Positions 1-8,436 of a DNA stretch of 64,000 bases are shown here, piece by piece. The stretch covers positions 448,001 to 512,000 of the forward strand of contig CAWANH010000029.1 of the NCBI GenBank assembly GCA_963783375.1, written 5' to 3'. The stretch is from Candidatus Eiseniibacteriota bacterium. GTDB taxonomy: Bacteria > Eisenbacteria > RBG-16-71-46 > JABDJR01. The notes beneath the pieces are model-generated. The model ran no database searches and was not told the DNA's origin. It saw nothing but the letters and a program-made list of their open reading frames with translations. The first letter of the stretch is position 1. Every line of letters begins with the position of its first letter. The translations under genes were made by a program, and so were the position numbers.

Positions 1-1341
1 CGGCTGGCCGCGTCCCACCTGCACCTCCATCTCCGGTCCCTGGATAGCCGGGGGGAGATCCTGGATCCGGATTGGGACGCCCTCTCGATTCCGGCGGGAT
101 CCTCGATCACTCCCGCGAATCCCCTCAGGGTCCGGATCTCCTCGGACCTTCCCAGCGACCCCTATGGCCTTCCCCTGGCCCTCGACCTCTCCTGGGACGA
201 CGCTCCGGTCCGCCACCTCCCGGTCGAGCTTGGGTTGGGCTCGGTCGTCGGCCGCTCCGACGATTTCGACAGCTCCATCTCGGGGTGGCAGCACGAACCG
301 GTCCGGTTGACCGCCTTCGATCAGTGGAGCTATGCCCCCGGTATGGGCCGGGACGAGACCCCCGGGTTCCGCTGCGGGAACTATCCCTACGGATATCGCC
401 AGGGGGCGGATTGCGCGTTGGTGTCTCCTCCGGTGCTGCTTCCCCACGGAGCTGAACTCCTGTTCGATCAGAGCGTGAGCATCTTCCTGCCCGACTCCAC
501 CAGCGGCCTGGCCGGGGGGGTGATCGAGATCTCGGTGAACGGGGGCGACTGGACCCAGGTCGACCCCGATGGGGGCTACCCGGGCCGCTACGGCGGCACC
601 AACCCGATCTGGGCGGCGCGCGCGATCTACACCGGACGCATCCTGAGCGGGGCTTGGCACACCGTGCGGGTCGATCTCTCCCAGTACGTGGGCGCGGTGC
701 GGGTGCGTTTCCGCTTCTTCGCCGAGATGAGCTCGAGCGGGGGGAACGGATGGAGGATCGACAACGTGCGCATCCAGTCCGCCCTCACCCCGGTTCACGT
801 GATCACCGCCGCGGCCACCGTGGAAGGGGAGGACGTGAGGTTGGCCTGGAAGCTCGGAGAACCCCTTCCTGCCCGCGTCCGGTGGATCAGGGGCCTCACC
901 GCGGAGAGCGGGACGCCGGTGGGGGATGGCTGGGTGGAGGCGACGGCCGAGGGATCGACCCTCGATACGGGAGGGACCCGGTTCCTTCCCGCCCGCTACT
1001 GGCTGGAGGGGCGAGAACGCGACGGCACCGTCGACCGCTTCGGGCCGGTCCAGGTGGAGGGGGGGGGGCCTGCCCCGCCGGTCGTCCCCTGGCGGGTCGG
1101 CGGGAGCCCCTCTCGCGGGCCGGTCCAGTTCGTTTGGAACGTCCCGCTGCCCGAGGGGGCGGCGCTTCAGGTCTTCGATGTGCGGGGCCGCCTCGTGGCC
1201 GAAACCCCCCTACCCCCGGCCCCCGGGAGCTACACCTGGGGAGGGACGACCTCGAGCGGGACGGCGGCCGCTCCCGGAATCTACTTTGCGCGGATCGCCG
1301 GCGCGGGGCTGAACCCGCTCCGGGTCGTGAGGCTCCCATGA
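1..1341 (+). CDS. Secreted multidomain protein, 5'-truncated by the window edge; jelly-roll (immune inhibitor A/MAM-like) domain plus C-terminal FlgD-Ig/T9SS-like sorting domain
   Basis: Frame 1 is open from base 1 into ORF 235..1341. It contains 'LVSPP..GGVIEISVNGGDW..VDLSQY..VRFRF..W.IDNVRI' and the C-terminal 'LQVFDVRGRLV..YTWGG..G..APGIYFARI'. Confidence 0.75.
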   Translation, partial: RLAASHLHLHLRSLDSRGEILDPDWDALSIPAGSSITPANPLRVRISSDLPSDPYGLPLALDLSWDDAPVRHLPVELGLGSVVGRSDDFDSSISGWQHEPVRLTAFDQWSYAPGMGRDETPGFRCGNYPYGYRQGADCALVSPPVLLPHGAELLFDQSVSIFLPDSTSGLAGGVIEISVNGGDWTQVDPDGGYPGRYGGTNPIWAARAIYTGRILSGAWHTVRVDLSQYVGAVRVRFRFFAEMSSSGGNGWRIDNVRIQSALTPVHVITAAATVEGEDVRLAWKLGEPLPARVRWIRGLTAESGTPVGDGWVEATAEGSTLDTGGTRFLPARYWLEGRERDGTVDRFGPVQVEGGGPAPPVVPWRVGGSPSRGPVQFVWNVPLPEGAALQVFDVRGRLVAETPLPPAPGSYTWGGTTSSGTAAAPGIYFARIAGAGLNPLRVVRLP

Positions 1342-2543
1342 AACGCCAAGCCTGCGTGTTCGCCTTCCTGGTGGCTCTGCTCGCGGTTGCGGTCCAGGCG
1401 GGGGCCGCCGAGTGGGGGTCGGAGAGGGTTCCGGTTCCCGCCCCCTGGGGAAATTCGAGCCTGGGCGTGGCCGGTCAACCGGCGGTGGTCCGCCAGGACG
1501 GCTCCGTCGACCTCGTTTTCCAGAGCTACGTGAGCCCGGAGTCCGCTCGGGTGGTTTTCGCCCGTCGCGATCCAGGCGGGGTGTGGGGCCAACCCGAGAT
1601 CATCTCGCCTCCGGACCGCCTGGCCCGAAATCCGTGCGTGGTGCTGGACCGCCGCGCGTCGCTCCACGTGTTCTGGGAGGACTACACCGAGCCGGGGGGG
1701 GACATCGTGCACCGCGAACGTCTCGCCGACGGCGCCTGGCAGGCCCCGGAGGTGGTGAGCGCGGCTCCCGGCCTCTCTCGTGATCCGGTAGCCGCGGTGG
1801 ATGCCTTCGATCGCGTCAACGTGGTGTGGGTGGACGGGAGGAGCGATGAGCGCGAGATCATGCACGCGGTTCTCGCCCCCGGCCAGGACTGGTCCGCGGG
1901 AGACGTCTTGAGCCCCGGCAGCGACAGCCCCGACGAGCCGAGCGTCACCGCCGACAGCGTGGGGGCGGTGCACGTGGTATGGAGGGATCGGGACGCTTCG
2001 GTCCGGAACGGCTACAGCTCCCAGATCATCTACGTGCGCCTCGGTCCGGAGACCGCCGATCCCCACCCGGTGCGCCTGGTGGATAAGGTCTCCGTTTCCC
2101 AGAGCCCCTTTATCATGGCCGCGCCGGACGGCACCCTGCACCTGGTCTGGGCGGACAACCGTGCCTCCAGCATCGGCATCCGCTCCGACTACTTCGACAT
2201 ATACTACAAACGCTATCTGCCCGGGGTGGGCTGGGGACACGACAAGCAGTTCACCTGGGACGGGACCGACCATGCCCGACCCATCCTGACCCTCGGAGCC
2301 GGGAACACCGTGAACATCTGCTGGGAGGACTACCGGTTCGGCAACCCGGAGATCTACTACCGCCAGATCACTCCCGAGACGGGGTGGGACCCTGATCCAA
2401 GCCGGCTCACCGCCGACGCCGGGGCCTCCCAGGCGCCGGTCCTGGTGTCGGTGCCTGTCGGCGGCCTCCTCCTCCTGTGGGCGGACGCCCGGGGGAGCGG
2501 GGAGTACTCCCTCTATGCCCGCACCGGCAGCATCGCCCCCTGA
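1338..2543 (+). CDS. Secreted beta-propeller (BNR/sialidase-like repeat) protein
   Basis: ATG at 1338 overlaps the upstream stop (ATGA). Signal peptide MKRQACVFAFLVALLAVAVQAGA; repeated 'P.(V/L)..D..G.(V/L)H(V/L)VW.D' blades. Confidence 0.75.
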   Translation: MKRQACVFAFLVALLAVAVQAGAAEWGSERVPVPAPWGNSSLGVAGQPAVVRQDGSVDLVFQSYVSPESARVVFARRDPGGVWGQPEIISPPDRLARNPCVVLDRRASLHVFWEDYTEPGGDIVHRERLADGAWQAPEVVSAAPGLSRDPVAAVDAFDRVNVVWVDGRSDEREIMHAVLAPGQDWSAGDVLSPGSDSPDEPSVTADSVGAVHVVWRDRDASVRNGYSSQIIYVRLGPETADPHPVRLVDKVSVSQSPFIMAAPDGTLHLVWADNRASSIGIRSDYFDIYYKRYLPGVGWGHDKQFTWDGTDHARPILTLGAGNTVNICWEDYRFGNPEIYYRQITPETGWDPDPSRLTADAGASQAPVLVSVPVGGLLLLWADARGSGEYSLYARTGSIAP

Positions 2544-2696
2544 GCCATCCCCGGGGCTTTTTTCCCCCGAGGCGGGTGAAATACCCCTCGATTCAATCTG
2601 GCTTCCCGGGAACCCCCGGGACGGGAGTCCGGCTTCGAACCCCCATTTCTCGATGCCCGATGCGTTTGCGCGAGTCATCCGTGACGGCGCGTCGCA

Positions 2697-2712
2697 TGGC
2701 ACGGCGGTTGCA
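2697..2712 (+). promoter_or_regulatory. sigma54 (RpoN) -24/-12 promoter
   Basis: TGGCACG-GCGG-TTGCA matches the consensus TGGCACG-N4-TTGCW with correct GG/GC spacing, in an intergenic position. Confidence 0.75.
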
Positions 2713-2721
2713 ACTTATACG

Positions 2722-2887
2722 CGGTGGATGACGGAACGAAACCCGGGCCCCGACAAACCGGGTTCTTCCTGCGGTGTTTGTGATAGCTCGTGTTGAGAAG
2801 TTGATCCGCCAGAGTAAACGCCATTCACCGGGCACACGGCATCCGCGGGGAACGGGAGAGGCCGGCCGCAAGGTCGGTCTCTCCTTG
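2722..2887 (+). ncRNA. Putative sigma54-dependent structured small RNA (family unknown)
   Basis: Begins at the predicted sigma54 start site. Stem 2722-2733/2819-2830, inner hairpin AACCCGG/CCGGGTT, and a 3' 13-bp GNRA-capped hairpin. Confidence 0.5.
2855..2887 (+). terminator. Terminator-like hairpin
   Basis: GGAGAGGCCGGCC-GCAA-GGTCGGTCTCTCC forms 13 bp with 2 G.U pairs and a GNRA loop, followed by a weak TTGT tail. Confidence 0.5.
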
Positions 2888-2896
2888 TGCGACGGA

Positions 2897-2926
2897 TTGA
2901 CACCCCCTGATCCCGCCTGATACGTT
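2897..2926 (+). promoter_or_regulatory. sigma70-type promoter of sppA
   Basis: TTGACA-18 nt-TACGTT with an extended -10 TG. Confidence 0.5.
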
Positions 2927-2987
2927 GCGCGTTCGCGACCCGGGCGAACGTCCCCGCGCGCCGCACTCACCGTCCTGGGTAACCTCC

Positions 2988-3869
2988 ATGGCCAGTCGGA
3001 AAACAGGTCTCTTGCTCGGGTGTCTCCTCCTCGCGGCGATGGTCGTGATTGCGGTGGCGTCCCTGTCCATCTTCGTGGCCGGACCGTGGGTGGGAGGGAG
3101 CCTCCCGCTGATGGCCGGCGGAAAGGTGGGGCTGGTGGTGCTGGAAGGGCCGATCGGGCCGTCCCGCGCCCTGGTGCGGGAGTTGGACGCCAACCGGAAC
3201 GACGCCTCCATCAAGGCGGTGGTGTTGCGGGTGAACAGTCCCGGGGGTGAAGTCGCCCCGTCGCAGGAGATCCACGACGCCGTGCTCCGGCTGTCCCGGG
3301 AGAAGCCGGTGGTGGCCTCGTTCGGCTCGGTCGCCGCCTCCGGCGGCTACTACGCGGCGATTGCCGCTGATTCCATCCTTGCCGACCCCGGCACGCTCAC
3401 CGGGAGCATCGGCGTCATCTTCTCCTATCCCACCGTGGAGCGCCTGCTGGACAAGGCGGGGATCCAGTGGCAGGTCTACAAGAGCGGGGCGCTCAAGGAC
3501 ATGGGCACCTTCACGCGGGAACCGACCGAGGAGGAGGCGGCGGTTTTCGACGGGCTGGTGATGGACGTCTACGATCAGTTCGTGACCGCGGTGGCCGAGG
3601 ACCGGGAGTTGGACCGCGACCGCGTTCTCGCCATGGCCGACGGCCGGGTCTTCACCGGCCGCCAGGCCGTCGAACTGGGGCTGGTAGACGGGATCGGCGA
3701 CCTCCACGCCGCGGTCGGCATGGCGGCACGGATGGCCGGTCTGTCCGGGGAGCCGCAGGTGGTCCGGAAAACCCGTCCCCGTATTCCCATTCTCGACGTC
3801 CTCGACCAGTTCCTGGGCGACCACGCCCGTTCCGCCTCCTCGCCCCGCCTCGAGTACCGCTGGCGCTGA
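2988..3869 (+). CDS. sppA: Signal peptide peptidase SppA (S49, 36K type)
   Basis: N-terminal TM; motifs 'LRVNSPGG', 'KPVVAS.GSVAASGGYY', 'TGSIGV', 'KSG.LKD', 'DGRVFTG.QA..LGLVD.IG'. Confidence 0.93.
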   Translation: MASRKTGLLLGCLLLAAMVVIAVASLSIFVAGPWVGGSLPLMAGGKVGLVVLEGPIGPSRALVRELDANRNDASIKAVVLRVNSPGGEVAPSQEIHDAVLRLSREKPVVASFGSVAASGGYYAAIAADSILADPGTLTGSIGVIFSYPTVERLLDKAGIQWQVYKSGALKDMGTFTREPTEEEAAVFDGLVMDVYDQFVTAVAEDRELDRDRVLAMADGRVFTGRQAVELGLVDGIGDLHAAVGMAARMAGLSGEPQVVRKTRPRIPILDVLDQFLGDHARSASSPRLEYRWR

Positions 3870-3970
3870 TCGCGCTCCCTCCCCACCGTTCCGGTGTTCC
3901 CGAATCTGTGGATCGGTTTATCGATTTTCCACTTTGCCGATGGTCAAACCCTCTTTCTTGGGGGTATATC

Positions 3971-4000
3971 TTGACAACCCACCGCATTTTGTGGTAGGGT
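3971..4000 (+). promoter_or_regulatory. sigma70-type promoter
   Basis: TTGACA-18 nt-TAGGGT with an extended TG. The predicted start (~4006) coincides with the 5' arm of a long RNA stem. Confidence 0.55.
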
Positions 4001-4005
4001 GCCTG

Positions 4006-4185
4006 AACGGCTTCGAGCTGGTCTGAAGCGAGGGCTTCCGCGCCATGTGCGGCGTGAGTCGGTGGCTGAAACCGGACGTCGCTGTGTTAGCTTTATACAT
4101 GCCCGTCGGCGACCGCCCTTGCAGCGGTCCCCAGGCGGCCCCGGCCCAACTTCAAACCGGAAGGGCCGGCTTGAAGCCGGTTTTT
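4006..4185 (+). ncRNA. Putative ~180-nt structured ncRNA or leader (6S-like size, family unassigned)
   Basis: 5' arm CGGCTTCGAGCTGGTCT (4008-4024) pairs with GGGCCGGCTTGAAGCCG (4163-4179), giving 17 bp with four G.U pairs. Several internal hairpins; ends in TTTTT. Confidence 0.55.
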
Positions 4186-4235
4186 AGGGACCCGTCCCGC
4201 TGGGTCCCGGAGGTGAGGTGCCGGAGACGGTGATT

Positions 4236-4259
4236 GCCCCGCCCTCGCGTGGGGCTTTT
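4236..4259 (+). terminator. Intrinsic terminator-like hairpin upstream of the PilZ gene
   Basis: GCCCCGC-CCTCGC-GTGGGGC followed by TTTT. Confidence 0.45.
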
Positions 4260-4363
4260 CCATGGGGATGGAACTCTCCGGACGTTGCGGTGTATTTGTG
4301 GGCGATGGGCGTCCCCGGCCCGTCCCCGGTGGACACGCCATGTGGGCGGTGCGGAGGATTGAC

Positions 4364-4771
4364 ATGCCGAAGAAGGCAGTGAGGGAGCGGCGCAAGGCTC
4401 CTCGGATCGATTCGAGGCTCGCGCTGCAAGTTGAACGGGCGGTCAGAAGCAATACCGAGCGGCCGATGACCACGGAGAGCGTGAACGTCTCCAGCGGTGG
4501 CATCTGCTGCAACGTTCGTTCCTTTGTCGAGCCCCTGACCAAGGTGGGTCTGACCCTGCTACTGCCGTCCTTCGGCCGCAAGGGCAAGAAGACCCAGGTG
4601 GTTTCCTGCAACGGGGTCGTGGTGCGATGCCTGTCGTATCCTGCGGTCAGCGAGTTCGAGTTGGCCTGCGCCTTCACCGACATCAAGAAAGAGGACAAGA
4701 CCCTCATCGAGGAATACATCGGCTGGAGGCTGATGCAGGACCTCGTGGACGAGCGACTGTCCCAGCCTTGA
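4364..4771 (+). CDS. Stand-alone PilZ-domain protein (c-di-GMP receptor)
   Basis: Both PilZ motifs are present: RxxxR ('ERRKAPR') and (D/N)xSxxG ('NVSSGG'). SD GGAGG precedes ATG 4364. Confidence 0.85.
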   Translation: MPKKAVRERRKAPRIDSRLALQVERAVRSNTERPMTTESVNVSSGGICCNVRSFVEPLTKVGLTLLLPSFGRKGKKTQVVSCNGVVVRCLSYPAVSEFELACAFTDIKKEDKTLIEEYIGWRLMQDLVDERLSQP

Positions 4772-4811
4772 CCCCGATCCTCCGGCCCGGGGCGGGGCAA
4801 AGGAGACCCTG

Positions 4812-5843
4812 ATGAATGCGGTCCCTCTCCGGCAAGCGCGCCTGTTCCCCGGATCCGGCCTTCGCGCCGGGATCGCCGCCGCCGCGGCGACCGCCGTGCT
4901 GCTCGCCTCGGCCGTGCCCGCGTTTGCGGTGGACAAATACGCCGCGGAATTCCTCAAGATCGGCGTAGGGGCGCGCGCCCTGGGCATGGGCGGCTCCTTC
5001 GTCTCCATGGCCGACGACGCCAGCGCCGCCTACTGGAATCCCGCCGGCCTCGTGCATCTCGAGTCCCGGGAAGCGCTGGGGATGCACGCCAGCCAGTTCG
5101 GGGGAGTGGAGGCCCATGACGTCCTCGGCGTGGTGTCCCCGATCGAGGCGGGAGGGCGCCGGGCGGCGATCGGCGTCACCGTGATTCGTCTCGCCGTGGA
5201 CGACATCAAGGTGACCAAGGACGCCAAGATCGGCGAGGATGAGAACGGAAACCCCATCATCGACCCCAATCGGATCCAGACCAAGAGCGCTTACGATCTC
5301 GCCATGCTCCTCTCCTACGCCCGGGGATTGGGTGATCACTGGGCGATGGGGGTGAATCTCAAGCTGGTCCGTCAATCCCTGGTCGGCGAGGGAGCGAGCT
5401 TCGGGATCGGGACCGACCTGGGAATCCTCTATCAGGCCAACCCCAATCTCGGGTTCGGCGTGCGTCTGGCCGACATCACGACCACCCGGCTCTACTGGGA
5501 CACCGGACGGCGGGAGACGGTGTCTCCCACCGTCACTCTGGGTGCGCACACCACCCGGGAGATCGAGTCCCTCCAGGGAAGCTTGAGCCTCGGCCTGGAC
5601 GCCGCCTTCGCTTTCGAGGGGCAGACCGGCGATCAGTTCGACAGCGGGAGCCTGTCCGGCAATCTCCTTCCCGGGGCGGAGTACTGGTTCCGTCACACCG
5701 TGGCCCTGCGCCTGGGATCCGACGGCGGCGATTTCACTGCGGGGGCGGGGGTGCGCTACAAGCGGATCGGCGCCGATTATGCCTACCTGTCCCACCCAGA
5801 GTTGGACGCGACCCACCGGGTGAGCGCACTGATCCGATTCTGA
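4812..5843 (+). CDS. PorV/PorQ (UPF0164, FadL-like) outer-membrane barrel protein
   Basis: Signal peptide, 'FLKIGVGARALGMGG.FV..ADDASA.YWNPAGL', C-terminal 'DYAY..H..L..THRVS..IRF'. Confidence 0.85.
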   Translation: MNAVPLRQARLFPGSGLRAGIAAAAATAVLLASAVPAFAVDKYAAEFLKIGVGARALGMGGSFVSMADDASAAYWNPAGLVHLESREALGMHASQFGGVEAHDVLGVVSPIEAGGRRAAIGVTVIRLAVDDIKVTKDAKIGEDENGNPIIDPNRIQTKSAYDLAMLLSYARGLGDHWAMGVNLKLVRQSLVGEGASFGIGTDLGILYQANPNLGFGVRLADITTTRLYWDTGRRETVSPTVTLGAHTTREIESLQGSLSLGLDAAFAFEGQTGDQFDSGSLSGNLLPGAEYWFRHTVALRLGSDGGDFTAGAGVRYKRIGADYAYLSHPELDATHRVSALIRF

Positions 5844-5883
5844 TCGGGCGGAACCGGCGATCCGCCGGGAATGGGGGGAAGCA

Positions 5884-7116
5884 ATGAAGCGAGTGATGGC
5901 ATTCGCCCTGGCCGGCGGCCGTACCCGCGGGCTCTCCGTCCTCTCCCAGCCCCGATCGGTCGCCGCCGTCCCCTTCGCCGGCAAGTTCCGGCTCATCGAT
6001 TTCACCCTCTCCAACTGCGTCAACTCCGAGATCTTCCACGTGGAGGTTCTGGCCCAGTACGCTCCTCTCTCGCTGGCCCAGCATCTGGGACGGGGGGAGC
6101 CGTGGGATCTGAACCGACGGGAGGGCGGGGTTCGGATCCTTCAGCCTTACGCCCGGCAGGAAGGGGCCCGGTGGTACGAGGGAACCGCCGACGCCCTGCG
6201 GCAGAACCTGGACGTGCTCGAGAACTCCGGGGCGGAGTGGGTCTTCGTGCTGTCCACGGACCTGATCTACAAGATGGACTACTCCTGGATGCACGAGCAG
6301 CACCTGGAGACCGGGGCACGGGTGACCCTGGCGGTGGGCCAGGTTCCCTACGGGGAAACCGAACACTTCGGCATGCTTCGGATCGACGGGGAAGGGAGGA
6401 TCTCCGGTTTCCAGGAGAAGCCGGAGGCCACCGACTTCGATCGGGCGTTCATGGGGGTCTATCTCTTCGACAGCGCCTTCTTGAAGCGGATTCTCCAGGA
6501 GAACGAGGACCCCAACCTGATCCTGGACATTCTGCGGCCCTATCTCGGGGACCCGGCGGTGGTCCGGGCGTACACTTTCGGCGGTTACTGGGACGACGTA
6601 GGCTCGATCCCGCGCTACTTCCGGGCCCACCAGCGACTCCTGGGGGACGACCCCGCCCCGAACCTCCACGACCCCGGCTGGCGCATCTACACCCGGAGTG
6701 AGGAGATGTCCCCCGTCCTCTTCCATGCCGGTTCCGAGGTTCAGGACAGTCACCTGAGCAACGGCGCGGTGATCGCGGGACGGGTCGAACGGTCGGTGAT
6801 CTCCCCCGGGGTCTATGTGGGCCCGGGGGCGGTGGTGCGGGACGCGATTCTCCTGAACGGAACCACGGTGGGAGCGGGAGCCACGGTGGAGCGCGCGGTG
6901 GTGGACAAGAACGTGGTGATCGGAAACGGGGCGCGGGTGGGCCGGCGGGACGCCGGCGCGGAGAGCGGAGTCCCCGAACTCATGGGGATCACCCTGGTGG
7001 GGAAGTGGGCGCAGGTCGACGAGGGGTCCGAGATCGCGGCGGGGACGCTGATTCCTCCCGGCGAGGCGATCTCCGCCCAGGCGTACCACCTTCGCATGGG
7101 GGAAGCGCGGCAGTGA
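5884..7116 (+). CDS. glgD: ADP-glucose pyrophosphorylase family, degenerate GlgD-like subunit
   Basis: 'AVPFAGKFRLIDF.LSNC.NS', 'WYEGTADA', 'FQEKP' and a C-terminal beta-helix are present, but GGxGxRL and RAKPAV are degenerate (GGRTRGL, RSVAAV). Confidence 0.7.
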   Translation: MKRVMAFALAGGRTRGLSVLSQPRSVAAVPFAGKFRLIDFTLSNCVNSEIFHVEVLAQYAPLSLAQHLGRGEPWDLNRREGGVRILQPYARQEGARWYEGTADALRQNLDVLENSGAEWVFVLSTDLIYKMDYSWMHEQHLETGARVTLAVGQVPYGETEHFGMLRIDGEGRISGFQEKPEATDFDRAFMGVYLFDSAFLKRILQENEDPNLILDILRPYLGDPAVVRAYTFGGYWDDVGSIPRYFRAHQRLLGDDPAPNLHDPGWRIYTRSEEMSPVLFHAGSEVQDSHLSNGAVIAGRVERSVISPGVYVGPGAVVRDAILLNGTTVGAGATVERAVVDKNVVIGNGARVGRRDAGAESGVPELMGITLVGKWAQVDEGSEIAAGTLIPPGEAISAQAYHLRMGEARQ

Positions 7117-8402
7117 GCGGGGTCTATACCATGATTCTGGCCGGCGGCGTAGGAAGCCGACTCGCCGTGCTCACCGAGCAGCGGGCCAAGCCCGCCGTTC
7201 CCTTCGGCGGGAAGTTCCGGATCATCGATTTCGCCCTCTCCAACTGCGCCAACAGCGGGTTCTTCGACGTCGGTCTCCTCACCCAGTACCGTCCCATGTC
7301 CCTGATCGAGCATGTGGGAACCGGCCGGACCTGGGACCTGGACCGGAGCCTCGGGGGTCTTCAGGTGCTTCAGCCCTACCTGGAAGCGGAGTCCGGGGAC
7401 TGGTACCAGGGAACGGCGGACGCGGTCTACCGGAACCTCCTCCAGGTGACCCAGCGCGCGGTGGACGACGTGGTCATCCTTTCCGGCGATCACGTCTACG
7501 CCATGGACTATCGCCCCATGCTCGACTTTCACCGCGAGCACCGGTTTCCGGCCACGGTGGCCGTGACCCCGATTCCGCCCGAGATCACCCACCAGTTCGG
7601 GATCGTGCAGACCAATTCCCGGGGTCATATCACCGGCTTCCAGGAGAAGCCCCGGGAGGCCCGGGGGAACCTGGCCTCGATGGGAATCTACGTGTTCCGT
7701 CGCGACACCCTGATCCGGCTCCTTCAGGAATCCGCCGCCGACCCCGCCTCGAGGAACGATTTCGGGAAGGACATCTTCCCCCGGCTCATCGAGGTGGCCG
7801 ACGTGGGGGCCCACACCTTCGACGGCTACTGGCAGGACATCGGCACCGTGGAGGCGTTCTACGACGCCAACATGAAGCTCCTCGATCCCGACCACAGCCT
7901 CATTCTCTCCCACCCCTCGTGGCCGGTTCGAACGCCCAGCACCGACGCTCCTCCCGCCCGGGTGGTGGGCCGGGGACGGGTGTCGCGGAGCCTGGTGGCC
8001 AACGGGGCGGTGGTGCGGGGCCGGGTGGAAAACTCCATCCTGTTCCCCTGGGTGCGGGTGGAGGACGGAGCCGAGGTCCGGGACTCGATCCTGATGAACG
8101 AGGTGCATGTCCACCCCGGGGCCTCGGTGGTCCGGGCGGTGCTGGACAAGCGGGCCGAGGTGTTTCCCGGGGCGCGCGTGGGAGGGGAGGGCGCCGGCGT
8201 TTCCAACCTCGCCATGCCCGAGTTGCTCTGCACCGGCCTCACCGTGATGGGGAAGGACGTGGTGGTGGGGGAAGGGGTGACGGTGGGACGAAACGCCTGG
8301 GTGGGGGGGCGCCATGTGGTGGCCCCCGGCGCCGACGTTCCGGACGGCGGATACCTCGAAGGGAAGCTGCTCCGCCCCGGAGCCAAGCTCCGATCCGGCT
8401 GA
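7113..8402 (+). CDS. glgC: Glucose-1-phosphate adenylyltransferase
   Basis: GTG at 7113 overlaps the upstream stop. Intact '[21 protein letters not shown]', 'WYQGTADA', 'LSGDH', 'FQEKP', 'DFGKD', 'YWQDIGT'. Confidence 0.9.
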   Translation: MSGVYTMILAGGVGSRLAVLTEQRAKPAVPFGGKFRIIDFALSNCANSGFFDVGLLTQYRPMSLIEHVGTGRTWDLDRSLGGLQVLQPYLEAESGDWYQGTADAVYRNLLQVTQRAVDDVVILSGDHVYAMDYRPMLDFHREHRFPATVAVTPIPPEITHQFGIVQTNSRGHITGFQEKPREARGNLASMGIYVFRRDTLIRLLQESAADPASRNDFGKDIFPRLIEVADVGAHTFDGYWQDIGTVEAFYDANMKLLDPDHSLILSHPSWPVRTPSTDAPPARVVGRGRVSRSLVANGAVVRGRVENSILFPWVRVEDGAEVRDSILMNEVHVHPGASVVRAVLDKRAEVFPGARVGGEGAGVSNLAMPELLCTGLTVMGKDVVVGEGVTVGRNAWVGGRHVVAPGADVPDGGYLEGKLLRPGAKLRSG

Positions 8403-8436
8403 CCCGCGTCGTCCTCGGTTTCGGCGAGCCGGGAAA

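Noticed and set aside
4141-4180. CTTCAAA / CTTCAAG resembling a tRNA-Sec anticodon loop
   Set aside because: No acceptor stem, T-arm (GTTCGA) or CCA end on either strand.
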